64,000 nt of DNA from Candidatus Latescibacterota bacterium (GCA_965204745.1 OZ242010.1:4576001-4640000); one strand, 5' to 3'. Counted from the first letter of the stretch, positions 19,456 to 29,470 are shown. Numbers and translations are program-made. The notes: generated by a model not told the origin, from the letters alone.

Positions 19456-20469
19456 GTGGGCGTTATTTTCGCAAAAATCTGCCATCCCAACCCATGGGGT
19501 TCCCCTTTGACCGCTTCCAACACAGGCACGGTTATCCGCCATCACCTCGGGCATTACGCGGTCCAAACCGAGGACCGCGTGGTCGCGTGCGCCCTGTCCA
19601 GTCGCTTGCGAAAACAACTCGAATATCCCGAAGCCGCGCCGGGGTCGCGCCGGCAGCGCGTGCAATCGGTCAGGCGGGTGCGCGTCATCGATCCGGTCGC
19701 CGTGGGAGACCGCGTGATTTTCGGTGAAGGTGCGGACAACACGGGGATGATCCGCGAGGTGTGCCCGAGGCGCAACAAGGTCTCTCGCCGTGCGTCAGGC
19801 GGGTCCCAAAAAGAACAACTCTTGGCTGCCAACGTCGATCAAATCGTGCCCATCCTGTCCGCACGCGAGCCCGATCCTGACTGGCACCTTCTCGATCGCA
19901 TGTTGGGCATTGCCGAGTGGCAACACGTCCCGGCAACCGTGTGCCTCAACAAACTCGACCTCGCCGATGAACCATGGGCGCATCGGATCATGCAACCCTA
20001 CGAGGCGATGGGGTATCCGGTGGTCTATACGAGCATTGTTTCCGGCGCGGGCAAAGACGCCTTTTACGACCTGCTTTGCGGGCGCACCACCCTTTTCATG
20101 GGCCCTTCTGGCGTCGGAAAATCCAGCTTGCTCAACTATTTGCAACCCGGCTTGCACTTGCGGACAGGCCCCATCAGCAAGGCCACGGGCGCGGGCACGC
20201 ACACCACGACCCACACGGAATTGGTCGCGCTCGACAACGGGGGCTTTGTCGGCGATATGCCCGGGGTGCGCGAGTTTTATCTTTTCGACATCCCGGCCGG
20301 AGATATTCCCCTGCTCTTTCGGGACTTTCACCCACATCTCGCGGCCTGCCGGTTTCGAGATTGCAACCACATCCACGAACCCAACTGCGCGGTCAAAGCC
20401 GCCCTCCATGCCGGCAACATCGCGCCCCAACGCTACGCGAGCTATCTAAAACTGCGAGAACGACCGTAA
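19456..20469 (+). CDS. rsgA: Ribosome small subunit-dependent GTPase A (start uncertain)
   Basis: Circularly permuted GTPase NKLDL...GPSGVGKSS...HTTT...DMPG and C-terminal CRFRDCNHIHEPNC zinc site. Confidence 0.92.
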   Translation: MGVIFAKICHPNPWGSPLTASNTGTVIRHHLGHYAVQTEDRVVACALSSRLRKQLEYPEAAPGSRRQRVQSVRRVRVIDPVAVGDRVIFGEGADNTGMIREVCPRRNKVSRRASGGSQKEQLLAANVDQIVPILSAREPDPDWHLLDRMLGIAEWQHVPATVCLNKLDLADEPWAHRIMQPYEAMGYPVVYTSIVSGAGKDAFYDLLCGRTTLFMGPSGVGKSSLLNYLQPGLHLRTGPISKATGAGTHTTTHTELVALDNGGFVGDMPGVREFYLFDIPAGDIPLLFRDFHPHLAACRFRDCNHIHEPNCAVKAALHAGNIAPQRYASYLKLRERP

Positions 20470-20489
20470 CGCCCCTGCCATAAAACGAC

Positions 20490-20522
20490 GAAGCCCCGAC
20501 TCCAAACGAGCCGGGGCTTTTG
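20490..20522 (+). terminator. Terminator-like hairpin after rsgA
   Basis: aagccccgactc-caaac-gagccggggctt followed by TT. Confidence 0.5.
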
Positions 20523-20529
20523 CGTATTA

Positions 20530-20690
20530 GGCTGTGTTGACATTTACGAGCCATGCAACGAGATGGGATGGGGCGGTTTATCAAAAAAATCAAGCCCTAT
20601 CGCAGGATAGGCTCTCGCTTTGAGCAACTGGGACAGTCGCTAACTCGGCTTTCTCTGTTTTGTTGCATCGCCTAAAAACAAAATGTCAAC
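20530..20690. mobile_element. Short/deleted MITE family B copy
   Basis: TTA-GGCTGTGTTGACATTTACGAGCCATGCAAC matches the 16747 left end; partial right end AAATGTCAAC. Confidence 0.65.
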
Positions 20691-21025
20691 TCGGGGGGTA
20701 GCGCGTAGGTCAGCGGTTCATCGCCACTGGTCGCTTGCGGGAGCGTCAGGGACGCGATCTCTTGATTGACGAGATAGGGCTGTGCGGCGATGGTCGTATC
20801 GCCAAAGGTGGGCATCATATCCGGGACTTCAAGGGTGAACATGAGATGCACTTCATCGCCATTGCTGTCCGTGGTGGTCAGCGTGTAGGTCGGCTCGTCC
20901 ATGGCCTTGATCGGTGTGCCGGACTGTGCGAAGGTCGGCATCGGATCGGCTGTCACAGAGAGGATGAACATGAGATGCACTTCATCGCCATCTTCATCTG
21001 TGGCGGTCAGGGAACAGGCTTTCAT
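20672..21025 (-). pseudogene. Orphan He_PIG/Ig-repeat fragment closely similar to the C-terminal repeats of giant protein 1
   Basis: SGTPIKAMDEPTYTLTTTDSNGDEVHLMFTLEVPDMMPTFGDTTIAAQPYLVNQEIASLTLPQA versus gene 1 SGTPIKAMDETTYTLTATDGNGDEVPLMFTLEVPDLMPAFGDTTIAAQSYLVNQEIASLTLPQA; internally deleted and cut by a MITE. Confidence 0.8.
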
Positions 21026-24000
21026 TGGAAGTGGGAGTCGGGATGGAGGCTTCGAATGTAGGGTTCAATGGCTTGAGCGGTCGTGCGCGTAGCAGTTGGC
21101 TCGATGACGTTCCCTCTGAGGAGGGCCTCGTTCCGGAAGAAGAGGACGTATCGAATGATCAGGATTATATCCGAGAACAGCCTCACATCGCCATCGCCAT
21201 CCACATCGAGAATGTTCTGATTGACCAACGTGTCGAGGTAGGGTTCAATTTCTTGAGCGGTCTTGCGCGTGGCAGTTGGCTCGATGACGTTCCCTCTGAG
21301 GAGGGCCTCTTCCCGGAAGAAGAGGACGTATCGAATGACCAGGATTATATCCGAGAACAATCTCACCCGGCCATCGCCATCCACATCCAAGTTGGCACTC
21401 GGTGTTTCGTCATCGGTCAGGGTCAGGGTCACGGGTGCGGGTGCGGTGATGCCTTGGGCGTTGTTTGCGGTTGCAGACACGCTGACCGTCTTCTCGTCTG
21501 CCCGGTCGTCGTTGTCCGCTGCGGTGATCGTCACGGTGCCCGTGCTCGTTGTGGTCGTCGCCGCGATGATCAGGGTGTCTGCACTTGATAGCGTGAAGTC
21601 GCTCGCAGTCGCAGGGGACACAGGCGTAGCAGAGACCGTGATCGTCGTGATCGCGCTCGATGGATGCGATAGGGTCGCCGTGATCGTGGAAACCTCGGCG
21701 TTTTCCGAGATGGACGAGGGCATCAGCACCAACGTCACGGTCGGCGCATCTTCATCGTCGGTCGTCGTCACTGGAACATCCTCGTCCATAAGGGCGTCGT
21801 AGTTGGCATCGCCGCTTGATAGGGCGAGTCGCACCGCCCAGGTGACGTCCCCGTCGTCGATGGTGTCGTCCTGCCCGGTCACGGTCACGGTTTGTGCCGT
21901 GTTATAGCTCGCCGGCGCGAAGGTCAGCATCGCAGGCTCAACCCGCCCTTCGCTCGGGTCTTGGCTCGTCACAGAAATCGTCACCGCCGCCGAGGGTTGC
22001 GTCAGCAGGGCCACCGTGAAGGTCGCCGAGCCGCCGGCCTCTGTGGCCTGCCCGGTTATCGTGCTGATGTCCAAGCCGAAATCGTTATCGCGGTTGATCA
22101 TGTACACGCTGACAGGGGAGAGCGCGTCATAGTTGGTGTCCTGCGTATCCGTCTGGTTCACCGAAAGGGTGACCGTATAGTTCTGGTTGCCATCGACGTT
22201 GTTGGCGGGGGCATCGTCCTGTCCGGTCACGGTCACGGTTTGTGCCGTGTTCCATGTTGTCGATGAGAAGGTCAGCACCGAGGGCGATACAGTACCTTCC
22301 GTCGTGTCTGAACTGACCACCGAGAGTGCCACGTTCCCCGTCGGCTCGGAGGCGAGCGTGACCGTGAAGGTCTCTGCCCTGCCCGACTCTGTCGTGTGGA
22401 GCCTGACCGTCGTCGTGGTCATCGCCGACACCTCAATCGCCGCCTCGTCGTCATCGGTGATCGTCAGCGACGCAGCCTGCACGGTGCCAGCGCCGTGGTC
22501 GTTCTCCACAGCGGCGGTCTGCACCATCACCGCGTTGTCTGATGCGTCTATGTCGTTGTCCACGGCGGTGAGTGCCACCGTGTCCGTCGCGTTCGCCATT
22601 TGCCCGGCCGCGATGGTGATCGTCGAATCCGAACCCACCGTGTAGGCATTCGCCACCGGGCGCACCGTGATCGTCGTCGCCGCGCTCGATGGGTGTGTCA
22701 GCGTCGCGCTCACCGTGCTCACGCCGCCGGCCTCCGAGATGGACGCGGGCGACAGCATTAGTGTCACGTCCGGCGCGGCGTCATCGTCTGTGATTGTCAA
22801 AGCCGTGCCGGTCACACTGCCTGCGCCTTGGTCGTTGTTCGCCACAACGGACACGGTCACGTCGCGATTAGGCGCATCGGTCGCGTTGTCCACGGCCGTG
22901 ATCTCTACTGTGTCCGTCGCGTTCGCCGTGCTCCCGGCCGCGATGGTGATCGTCGAATCCGACCCCACCGTGTAAGCACCCGCCACCGGGCGCACCGTGA
23001 TTGTCGTGATCGCGCTCGACCGATGCGACAGCGTCGCCGTGATCGTCGAAACACCGCCGGTCTCTGCAATCGACGCGGGCGACAGCGTCAGTGCCACATC
23101 CGGCGCGGCCTCATCGTCTGTGATCGTCAGGGTCACGGCAGACGATAGCGACGCCCCATTGCCACCTGCCACCGTTGCAGACACGGTCACGCGCTTGTCC
23201 GGCGCATCGGTCGTGTCGTTCACCGAGGTGATCGTCACGGCGCCTGTGCTCGTCGTCACATTCGCCGCGAAGGTCAGCGTGGTCGCGGTCGATAGCGTAA
23301 AATCGCCCGCAACCGCAGGGGCCACCTCGGTCGCTGAAACCGTGACCGTCGTCGCCACGGTTGCAACGCGATCTAGCGTCGCCGTGATCGTGGAAATCTG
23401 GGCATTCTCCGTAATTGACGCCGGAGTCAAAACCAATGTCACCTGCGCCACTTCGTCATCGATAATCGTCAGCGTCGCATCAGTGACCGATCCCGTGCCT
23501 ATGCTGTTGCCCACCGTGCTCGACACGGTCACCGTCTTGTTCCCCGAAGATATGCTGTTGTCCACCGTCGTGATCGTCACGGTGCCCGTGCTCGTCGTTG
23601 CGCCCGCCGCGACGGTCAGCGTGGCCGGCGTACTCAGCGTGTAGTCGCCCAGAACCGCAGGCGACACAGCCGACGCTGAAACCGTGATCGTCGTCGCCGC
23701 GCTCGACGTGTGAGACAGGGTCGCGGTCACCGTCGAAATCGCGCCGTTCTCTGAAATCGACGCAGGAGACAAAACCATCGTCACGTCCGGCGCAGCGTCG
23801 TCGTCCGTCAGCGTCAAAGCCGCACCGGTCACACTGCCCGCGCCTTGGGTGTTGCTCATCACACCTGGCACGGTCACGTCGCGATTAGGCGCGTCTTGGG
23901 TATTGTTCACCGCTGTGATGACCACCGTGTCCGACGCGTTAATCGTGTCCCCGGCTGCGATGGTGATCGTCGTATCCGAACCCACCGTGTAAGCACCCGT

Positions 24001-27000
24001 CAATGGGCGCACCGTGATCGTCGTCGCCGCGCTCGATGGACGCGATAGCGACGCCGTGACCGTCGAAACCGCGCCGTTCTCCGAAATCGACGCCGGTGAC
24101 GCCGCCAACGTCGCTGTCGGTGCAGGGTCGTCGTCCTCCAGCGTCAAAGTCGCACCAGTTACACTGCCCGCGCCTTGGGCGTTGCCCGCCACAACGGACA
24201 CGGTCACATCGCGATTAGGCTCGTCTTGGGTGTTGTTCACCGCTGTGATGACCACCGTGTCCGTCGCGTTCGCAGTGCTCCCGGCCGCGATGGTGATCGT
24301 CGTATCCGCCCCCACCGTGTAAGCACCCGCCACCGGGCGCACCGTGATCGTCGTCGCCGCGCTCAACGGGTGTGCCAGCGTCGCGGTCACGGTGCTCATC
24401 CCGCCGCTTTCCGAGATCGACGAGGGCGTCAGTGCCAACGTCACTCTCGCGGGTTGGAACTGAAATTGCACGGTGGTGTCCATGCCGGCATACTTCAAGG
24501 CCGGATACTGATCCATCGCGCCAAAGGTCCACGGATCGTCGTTGCCGGCTTGTCCGTCGAGGTTGGCGTTCCAGTTGTAGTAGGTGTCGTTGGCGGTGGC
24601 ACCGTAGGTAGTAGGGCTTAGGAGATCGCTAGTCGTCTTGCCGACAACGCCGCTACCGCCTGCGCTGCTGGTCTGACCGCTGGTTGAGGTGTCCCAGTGG
24701 CTATCGGTCACTGTACCAGCCGAACTGCCCACCAAACCGCCTTTCGTGCCGGCACCCGTGACCCGTCCTATCGCGTAGCTGGCGGTCACGCTACCGCCGC
24801 TCGCGATTTGACCCACCAACCCGCCGCCCACCGCGCTGCTGTGTCCCGCGAACACAGAGCCCAGCGCGTAAGACGCCACCACCTCGGTCTGATCGGTCAG
24901 CCAACCCACCAAACCGCCGGCCAATCCGTCACTCGTCACAGATGCAGGAACGCGCACAGAGACGAGCGCGTAGCTGCTCACAATGCGGTTGGTGCCCGAA
25001 GTGCGATAAGACCGACCAACCAAACCACCCACACCCCACCGCGACCCCGAAACGCGACCCGTCACATAACACGACGAGATGGTGCCCCCACCACCTTGAT
25101 TACCGGCCAGACCACCCACGCGGTCAGCACCGGTCACATTCACATTCAACAACCCCAATCCCGAAACATCGCCATCAACCGCATGGAACAATCCTGTATT
25201 ATGCCGAGACCCCCGGTTGATGAACAGGTGGGAGATCGTCTTGTTGTTGCCTTTGAACGTGCCGCCGTAAGGCCCCACAGGGTTCCAGCCCGCGCCGCCA
25301 TTCCAGTAGGTGGCGTCTGCTTGGGTGATCGCGCCGTCGTTGTTCTCGTCAAAGTCCAAGTTGTTGAGCAGTTCGTAGCCGATGCAACCTGTGGAAGGGC
25401 AACCCTTGCTCGCTGACAAGTTCCCGTTGGGAAAGGCGGCGTTGTAGGTCATGGCATCACTATCGGCGACGACCCCATCGCCATTGAGATCCCAGCGCAT
25501 GGCATGCAGTTGGGCCAAGGTCGAGACCTCGAGGAGGCCATCGCTATCCGTGTCGTAATGCACGGGTTGGGTAGCGAACTGCGCCGTGGTGTCCAGGCCG
25601 GCAAACTTCAAGGCCGGATACTGATTCGTCGTGCCAAAGGTCCAGGGATCATCATTGTTGGCCCCCGAAGCATCTATGGTCAGATCGTCCCAGTTGGCAT
25701 AGATGCCACTCGCAGACGTGACCGATTGTAAGTCGGCAGTCAGTTTGCCCTCCGGCGCAACAGTATCGCTATCATCGGCAATGTCGCTTGTTTGCGTGTC
25801 CCAGTAGCTATCGGTCACTGTACCTGAGTTTTCCGCCAGCCCATGCTTGTGCAGGCAGGCCCCCGTTACTGAGCCTGTTGAGTAGCTCGACGCTATCGTC
25901 GCACCCGGACCATTGGCACCTACCAACCCGCCGCCAGTGGCCCACGGCCCCGACTGATTGCACACCACAGACGCCGTGGCGTAACTCGCCACGATGTACG
26001 ACCCCCTCTGAGCGGCGCCCACCAACCCGCCGACATTGGTGTTCGCCGTGACCGACCCCGTGACGTAACTCGCCGCGATCCGACCCTTGTTCAGACCCAC
26101 CAGCGCGCCCACCGTGCCCTGACCCGTATTGATCACCGCGTTGACTAACCCCAAAGAGCGGATGTGGGTAGTGGTGTCCGTGCTTGCGAAAAATCCCGAA
26201 AAGTTGACGTAGCGGTTGATGTACAGGTGGGAGATCGTCTTGCCGTTGCCCTCAAATGTGGCGGTGTATGGGGAGGTGTTGCTACTGCCGATGGGTGCCC
26301 AGCCCGCGCCGCCATTCCAGTAGGTAGTGTCTGCTGAGGTGATCGCGCCGTCGTTGTTCTCGTCAAAGTCCAAGTTGTTGAGTAGTTCGTAGCCAGTGCA
26401 ACCGGAAGGACACCCCATGCCCGAGAAGGCGGCGGGAAAGGCGGCGTTGTAGTTCATGGTATCAGTACTGGCGACGACCCCATCGCCGTTGAGATCCCAG
26501 CGTATGGCATTGAGTTGCGCCAAGGAGGTGATGTCAATCAGGCGGTCGTTGTCCGTGTCGTAGTCAGTGCCCGTCCGGCCCTGGGCGGACAGGGAATGAC
26601 CACCATACTTCAGTACCGGGTACTCGCTGCTGGTGCCGAAGTACCACGGATCGTCTCTGCCTTGGCTATCGCCGGTGTTGGTATTGCCATCCAAGTTCAG
26701 GTTCCAGTTGGCGTAGATGCCAGTATAGCCAGTGGGACTTTGGAGATTGCTGGTGCTCTGGCCGCTACCTCTTACCACAGACCCTGTAGTTTTTGAGGAG
26801 TCCCAGTAGCTGTCGGACGCGTTACCTCCGTCTTCGTCCCCGACTAATCCGCCGGGGTTACCGGTGGTGGTGAAGCTACCTGCGAAGTACGAATTTTTTA
26901 TAGTGGCATCGCCCAACAAGTTGCCTACCAAACCGCCGACTTGGCTATGGTTGGAGATGGATACAACAGATGCATGGGAGTAGCTAGTTGAGATACTTCC

Positions 27001-27630
27001 TGTGAGAAACTGGCCGACTAATCCAGAAATGTACGAATTGCCCGTCAGTGTGCCGGTGGTGTAGCAGGCGACGATTGTGCCGGAATTCTCGCCTACTAGA
27101 ATGCCGGATCTTGTTAATCCCCTAACATTGGCGTTGGTGAGGCCGAGGGTTTCGACGCGGGAACTGGATCCAAATTGATAGAACAGTCCGATCTTTTGGG
27201 TGGAGCCACGGTTGATGAACAGGTTGTCGATGGTGTAGCCGTTGCCCTTGAAATTGCCCGTGTAGGTACCACCTATGGGTAGCCATCCGGCACCGCTGTT
27301 CCAATAGGTGGCGTCTGCTGAGGTGATTGAGTTGTCGTTGTTCTCGTCAAAGTCCAAATTGTTGAGCAGTTCGTAGCCGGTGCAACCGGAAGGACACCCC
27401 ATGCCCGAGGCGGGGTTACTGAAGGCGGTGAAGTAGTTCGTAGAGTCGGTGCTCGACACAACACCATCGCCGTTGAGATCCCAGCGAATGGCGTTGAGTT
27501 GCGCCAAGGAGGTGATGTCAATCAGGCGGTCGTTGTCCGTATCGTAGTCGTTTTGGGCAAAAGCCGGCCCCGATGCCACCAGCATGCCCAACGCGACCAG
27601 GGCCAACAAGTGAGCGTAGCGGGAGGTCAT
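21022..27630 (-). CDS. Giant secreted/surface protein 2: signal peptide, three GLUG-like modules, about ten Calx-beta/Ig-like repeats, duplicated dockerin-like C-terminal motif
   Basis: ...GMLVASGPAFA|Q; three YDTDxDxL..LAQLxAxRWDLNGDG modules; repeated VTLxLSPASISE.GGVSTVTATL; two LDVDGDG.VRLFSDIILxIRYVLFFR repeats. Confidence 0.85.
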   Translation of the reverse strand: MTSRYAHLLALVALGMLVASGPAFAQNDYDTDNDRLIDITSLAQLNAIRWDLNGDGVVSSTDSTNYFTAFSNPASGMGCPSGCTGYELLNNLDFDENNDNSITSADATYWNSGAGWLPIGGTYTGNFKGNGYTIDNLFINRGSTQKIGLFYQFGSSSRVETLGLTNANVRGLTRSGILVGENSGTIVACYTTGTLTGNSYISGLVGQFLTGSISTSYSHASVVSISNHSQVGGLVGNLLGDATIKNSYFAGSFTTTGNPGGLVGDEDGGNASDSYWDSSKTTGSVVRGSGQSTSNLQSPTGYTGIYANWNLNLDGNTNTGDSQGRDDPWYFGTSSEYPVLKYGGHSLSAQGRTGTDYDTDNDRLIDITSLAQLNAIRWDLNGDGVVASTDTMNYNAAFPAAFSGMGCPSGCTGYELLNNLDFDENNDGAITSADTTYWNGGAGWAPIGSSNTSPYTATFEGNGKTISHLYINRYVNFSGFFASTDTTTHIRSLGLVNAVINTGQGTVGALVGLNKGRIAASYVTGSVTANTNVGGLVGAAQRGSYIVASYATASVVCNQSGPWATGGGLVGANGPGATIASSYSTGSVTGACLHKHGLAENSGTVTDSYWDTQTSDIADDSDTVAPEGKLTADLQSVTSASGIYANWDDLTIDASGANNDDPWTFGTTNQYPALKFAGLDTTAQFATQPVHYDTDSDGLLEVSTLAQLHAMRWDLNGDGVVADSDAMTYNAAFPNGNLSASKGCPSTGCIGYELLNNLDFDENNDGAITQADATYWNGGAGWNPVGPYGGTFKGNNKTISHLFINRGSRHNTGLFHAVDGDVSGLGLLNVNVTGADRVGGLAGNQGGGGTISSCYVTGRVSGSRWGVGGLVGRSYRTSGTNRIVSSYALVSVRVPASVTSDGLAGGLVGWLTDQTEVVASYALGSVFAGHSSAVGGGLVGQIASGGSVTASYAIGRVTGAGTKGGLVGSSAGTVTDSHWDTSTSGQTSSAGGSGVVGKTTSDLLSPTTYGATANDTYYNWNANLDGQAGNDDPWTFGAMDQYPALKYAGMDTTVQFQFQPARVTLALTPSSISESGGMSTVTATLAHPLSAATTITVRPVAGAYTVGADTTITIAAGSTANATDTVVITAVNNTQDEPNRDVTVSVVAGNAQGAGSVTGATLTLEDDDPAPTATLAASPASISENGAVSTVTASLSRPSSAATTITVRPLTGAYTVGSDTTITIAAGDTINASDTVVITAVNNTQDAPNRDVTVPGVMSNTQGAGSVTGAALTLTDDDAAPDVTMVLSPASISENGAISTVTATLSHTSSAATTITVSASAVSPAVLGDYTLSTPATLTVAAGATTSTGTVTITTVDNSISSGNKTVTVSSTVGNSIGTGSVTDATLTIIDDEVAQVTLVLTPASITENAQISTITATLDRVATVATTVTVSATEVAPAVAGDFTLSTATTLTFAANVTTSTGAVTITSVNDTTDAPDKRVTVSATVAGGNGASLSSAVTLTITDDEAAPDVALTLSPASIAETGGVSTITATLSHRSSAITTITVRPVAGAYTVGSDSTITIAAGSTANATDTVEITAVDNATDAPNRDVTVSVVANNDQGAGSVTGTALTITDDDAAPDVTLMLSPASISEAGGVSTVSATLTHPSSAATTITVRPVANAYTVGSDSTITIAAGQMANATDTVALTAVDNDIDASDNAVMVQTAAVENDHGAGTVQAASLTITDDDEAAIEVSAMTTTTVRLHTTESGRAETFTVTLASEPTGNVALSVVSSDTTEGTVSPSVLTFSSTTWNTAQTVTVTGQDDAPANNVDGNQNYTVTLSVNQTDTQDTNYDALSPVSVYMINRDNDFGLDISTITGQATEAGGSATFTVALLTQPSAAVTISVTSQDPSEGRVEPAMLTFAPASYNTAQTVTVTGQDDTIDDGDVTWAVRLALSSGDANYDALMDEDVPVTTTDDEDAPTVTLVLMPSSISENAEVSTITATLSHPSSAITTITVSATPVSPATASDFTLSSADTLIIAATTTTSTGTVTITAADNDDRADEKTVSVSATANNAQGITAPAPVTLTLTDDETPSANLDVDGDGRVRLFSDIILVIRYVLFFREEALLRGNVIEPTATRKTAQEIEPYLDTLVNQNILDVDGDGDVRLFSDIILIIRYVLFFRNEALLRGNVIEPTATRTTAQAIEPYIRSLHPDSHFQ

Positions 27631-27830
27631 TTTGTCGCTCCTCCCGAGGGGGGGGGGGGGGGGGGGGGGTACACTGTACTGATCAGCCTAACAGATTGTT
27701 TTGCAATGAAATAGAACCACACGCCAAGACGAGAATCGGCGACATGAACGCCCGTTTTCGCGGTGGGACAAGCGGTAAAAACATAGGGCCAAATGATGTT
27801 CAAACAGCGGCTGAAAATGGTGGGAATCAT
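27627..27830 (-). CDS. Leader ORF homologous to the N-terminus of giant protein 1, out of frame with giant protein 2 across a homopolymer tract
   Basis: AAGGAGG SD before ATG 27830; MIPTIFSRC...AKTGVHVADSRLGVWFYFIAKQSV versus gene 1 MLTAIFRRC...AKRGVHVAHPRLGVPFYFIANQSV. Confidence 0.65.
   Translation of the reverse strand: MIPTIFSRCLNIIWPYVFTACPTAKTGVHVADSRLGVWFYFIAKQSVRLISTVYPPPPPPPSGGATK
27648..27669. repeat. G22 homopolymer (C22 on the coding strand), candidate slipped-strand switch
   Basis: Counted directly: 22 consecutive G. Confidence 0.9.
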
Positions 27831-27914
27831 CTGGAGCCTCCTTTGCAAAAGTTGTCGCACAGACCGGGCGCGGCTTTTCCTCCGCGCTCAAAATCGAAAT
27901 AGCGAATGGGTAAA

Positions 27915-27943
27915 AAATTAAAAATTACGCTGTTGTTTGTCAA
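27915..27943 (-). promoter_or_regulatory. Putative sigma70 promoter of giant protein 2
   Basis: Minus strand TTGACA - 17 bp - TAATTT, in a context homologous to 4117-4165. Confidence 0.5.
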
Positions 27944-27997
27944 GTGGTAAAATGACGATGGGATCGGTGGCCAGTCAAGCGAGAAGGACAGGCGAGG

Positions 27998-28290
27998 GGG
28001 ACCTACCCCCTGGCCCCCTTCCTAAGAGGAAGGGGGAACTGTGAGCGGTTTTGCGAGGGATTGTGTGTAAGGGTTTTTAGATTTTCATGGCGTGATCCAT
28101 TCGCGCAAAGCCATCAAAACAGCCAGGGATACAAACCTTCAAGAAAGCCATGCGCTCCCCCTTTCCGCGTAGGCACAGGCGTAGCCTACAATGAGCGAAG
28201 CGAATAACGGGGGCCGGGGGGATAGGGCTATGGCGGCGGGGCGTGCGAAGAACACAGCGGATGTGAAGGACGAAGCGGCGGTAGGGTGGT
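27998..28290 (+). repeat. Family A element copy upstream of giant gene 2
   Basis: Near-identical to 10120-10300 and inverted relative to 3849-4111. Confidence 0.8.
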
Positions 28291-28394
28291 GGGTGGATCT
28301 TGCCTCTTACTTCTTGCCTCTTACTTGGGGAAAGGGCTTGCGGTTGGGCGGATGGGCACGCACAGGTGGCATCGAAGGTAGCAAACGAGGGGGC

Positions 28395-28479
28395 AGGACC
28401 AAACGCCTTAAATGAGCAAGCAACACATTTGCTACTCTGTGCGTAACGTTAAATAAAAAAATAAAATGTCAACAGAACC
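28395..28479. mobile_element. MITE family B right-end fragment
   Basis: ggaccaaacgccttaaatgagcaag...aaaatgtcaacagaacc-tag matches 17164-17250. Confidence 0.7.
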
Positions 28480-29465
28480 TAGCAAATACGCGACAAAAAC
28501 AGCGACAAAAACGCTTTGGCGTGGGCGTGCATCACGCAATCGACAGGCGTTCCAAGACGCCCTTTTGCGGGTGCATCTCGGCGGTCGGCCACCACTTGAC
28601 CCAACGTCAGATCGCCCGATGTTTCCACATCGACAGCCACGGTCTCTATCGCCATCAAGTCGGGTGCGATAGCCGCGCCCACGGCGAGGGGATCGTGCAA
28701 ATACACAATCGGCTCTCGCCCGCTGTGGCGATAGCGTGCGCGCATATCCCGCGTGGCATCCACGACAAATTGAGACCTCGCGGTATTCAAAGGCGCGATG
28801 TGGTTCTCGATATCCGATTCGCGCAATACGACTCGATGGGTCGCATCTAAGGGCGCGATGATGAGCGCCGCGCCCGAATGGATAACCCGTCGCGCCGCGT
28901 GGGGATCCGCATAAAAATTGAACTCTGCCACAGGGGTTACATTTCCCGGTTCGGCTATCGCGCCCCCCATCGCGATGACCTGCTTTGCCTTTTGAAGCAC
29001 CCCGGGCACGCGCTGTTCGGCCAGTGCCAAATTCGTCAGCGGGCCAACGGCAATGACGATGACCTCGCCCGGTTGATCGGACAGGGTCTGCACCAAAAAA
29101 TCAACCGCATGCACGCCCCTCCCCGTCTGCTGGTTCGCATCGAGCTCTGGCAACACGGCTCGCCCCATCCCGGTTTTTCCGTGAACATGGGTCGCAACCA
29201 CGGGATCGCGTTTTAGGGGCCGGTCCGCACCGGCAAAAACAGGGACATCCATCCGTCTCAACAGATGGAGCACCCCCCGTGCATTGCGCGTGCCAACATC
29301 TAAGGGCACATTGCCACTCACCGTACAAATTCCCACCACATCCAACTCTGGCGACCGCAACGCCAGCATCATCGCCAGCGCGTCGTCCACGCCGGGATCC
29401 GTATCCAAAATTACGGGTTGCTCGGTCAAAAGTCGTTCCTCGGTTTGGTGGTCAGCGATCAGCAA
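28479..29465 (-). CDS. Nucleoside hydrolase (IU-NH family)
   Basis: ILDTDPGVDDA, VGPLTNLA, AEFNFYADP, LHDPLAV. Confidence 0.92.
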   Translation of the reverse strand: MLIADHQTEERLLTEQPVILDTDPGVDDALAMMLALRSPELDVVGICTVSGNVPLDVGTRNARGVLHLLRRMDVPVFAGADRPLKRDPVVATHVHGKTGMGRAVLPELDANQQTGRGVHAVDFLVQTLSDQPGEVIVIAVGPLTNLALAEQRVPGVLQKAKQVIAMGGAIAEPGNVTPVAEFNFYADPHAARRVIHSGAALIIAPLDATHRVVLRESDIENHIAPLNTARSQFVVDATRDMRARYRHSGREPIVYLHDPLAVGAAIAPDLMAIETVAVDVETSGDLTLGQVVADRRDAPAKGRLGTPVDCVMHAHAKAFLSLFLSRIC

Positions 29466-29470
29466 AATTA

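Noticed and set aside
21055-21395. Two near-identical ~150-bp repeats at a gene 3' end as a DGR template/variable pair
   Set aside because: Differences are not adenine-specific, both copies are in frame, and no reverse transcriptase is present.
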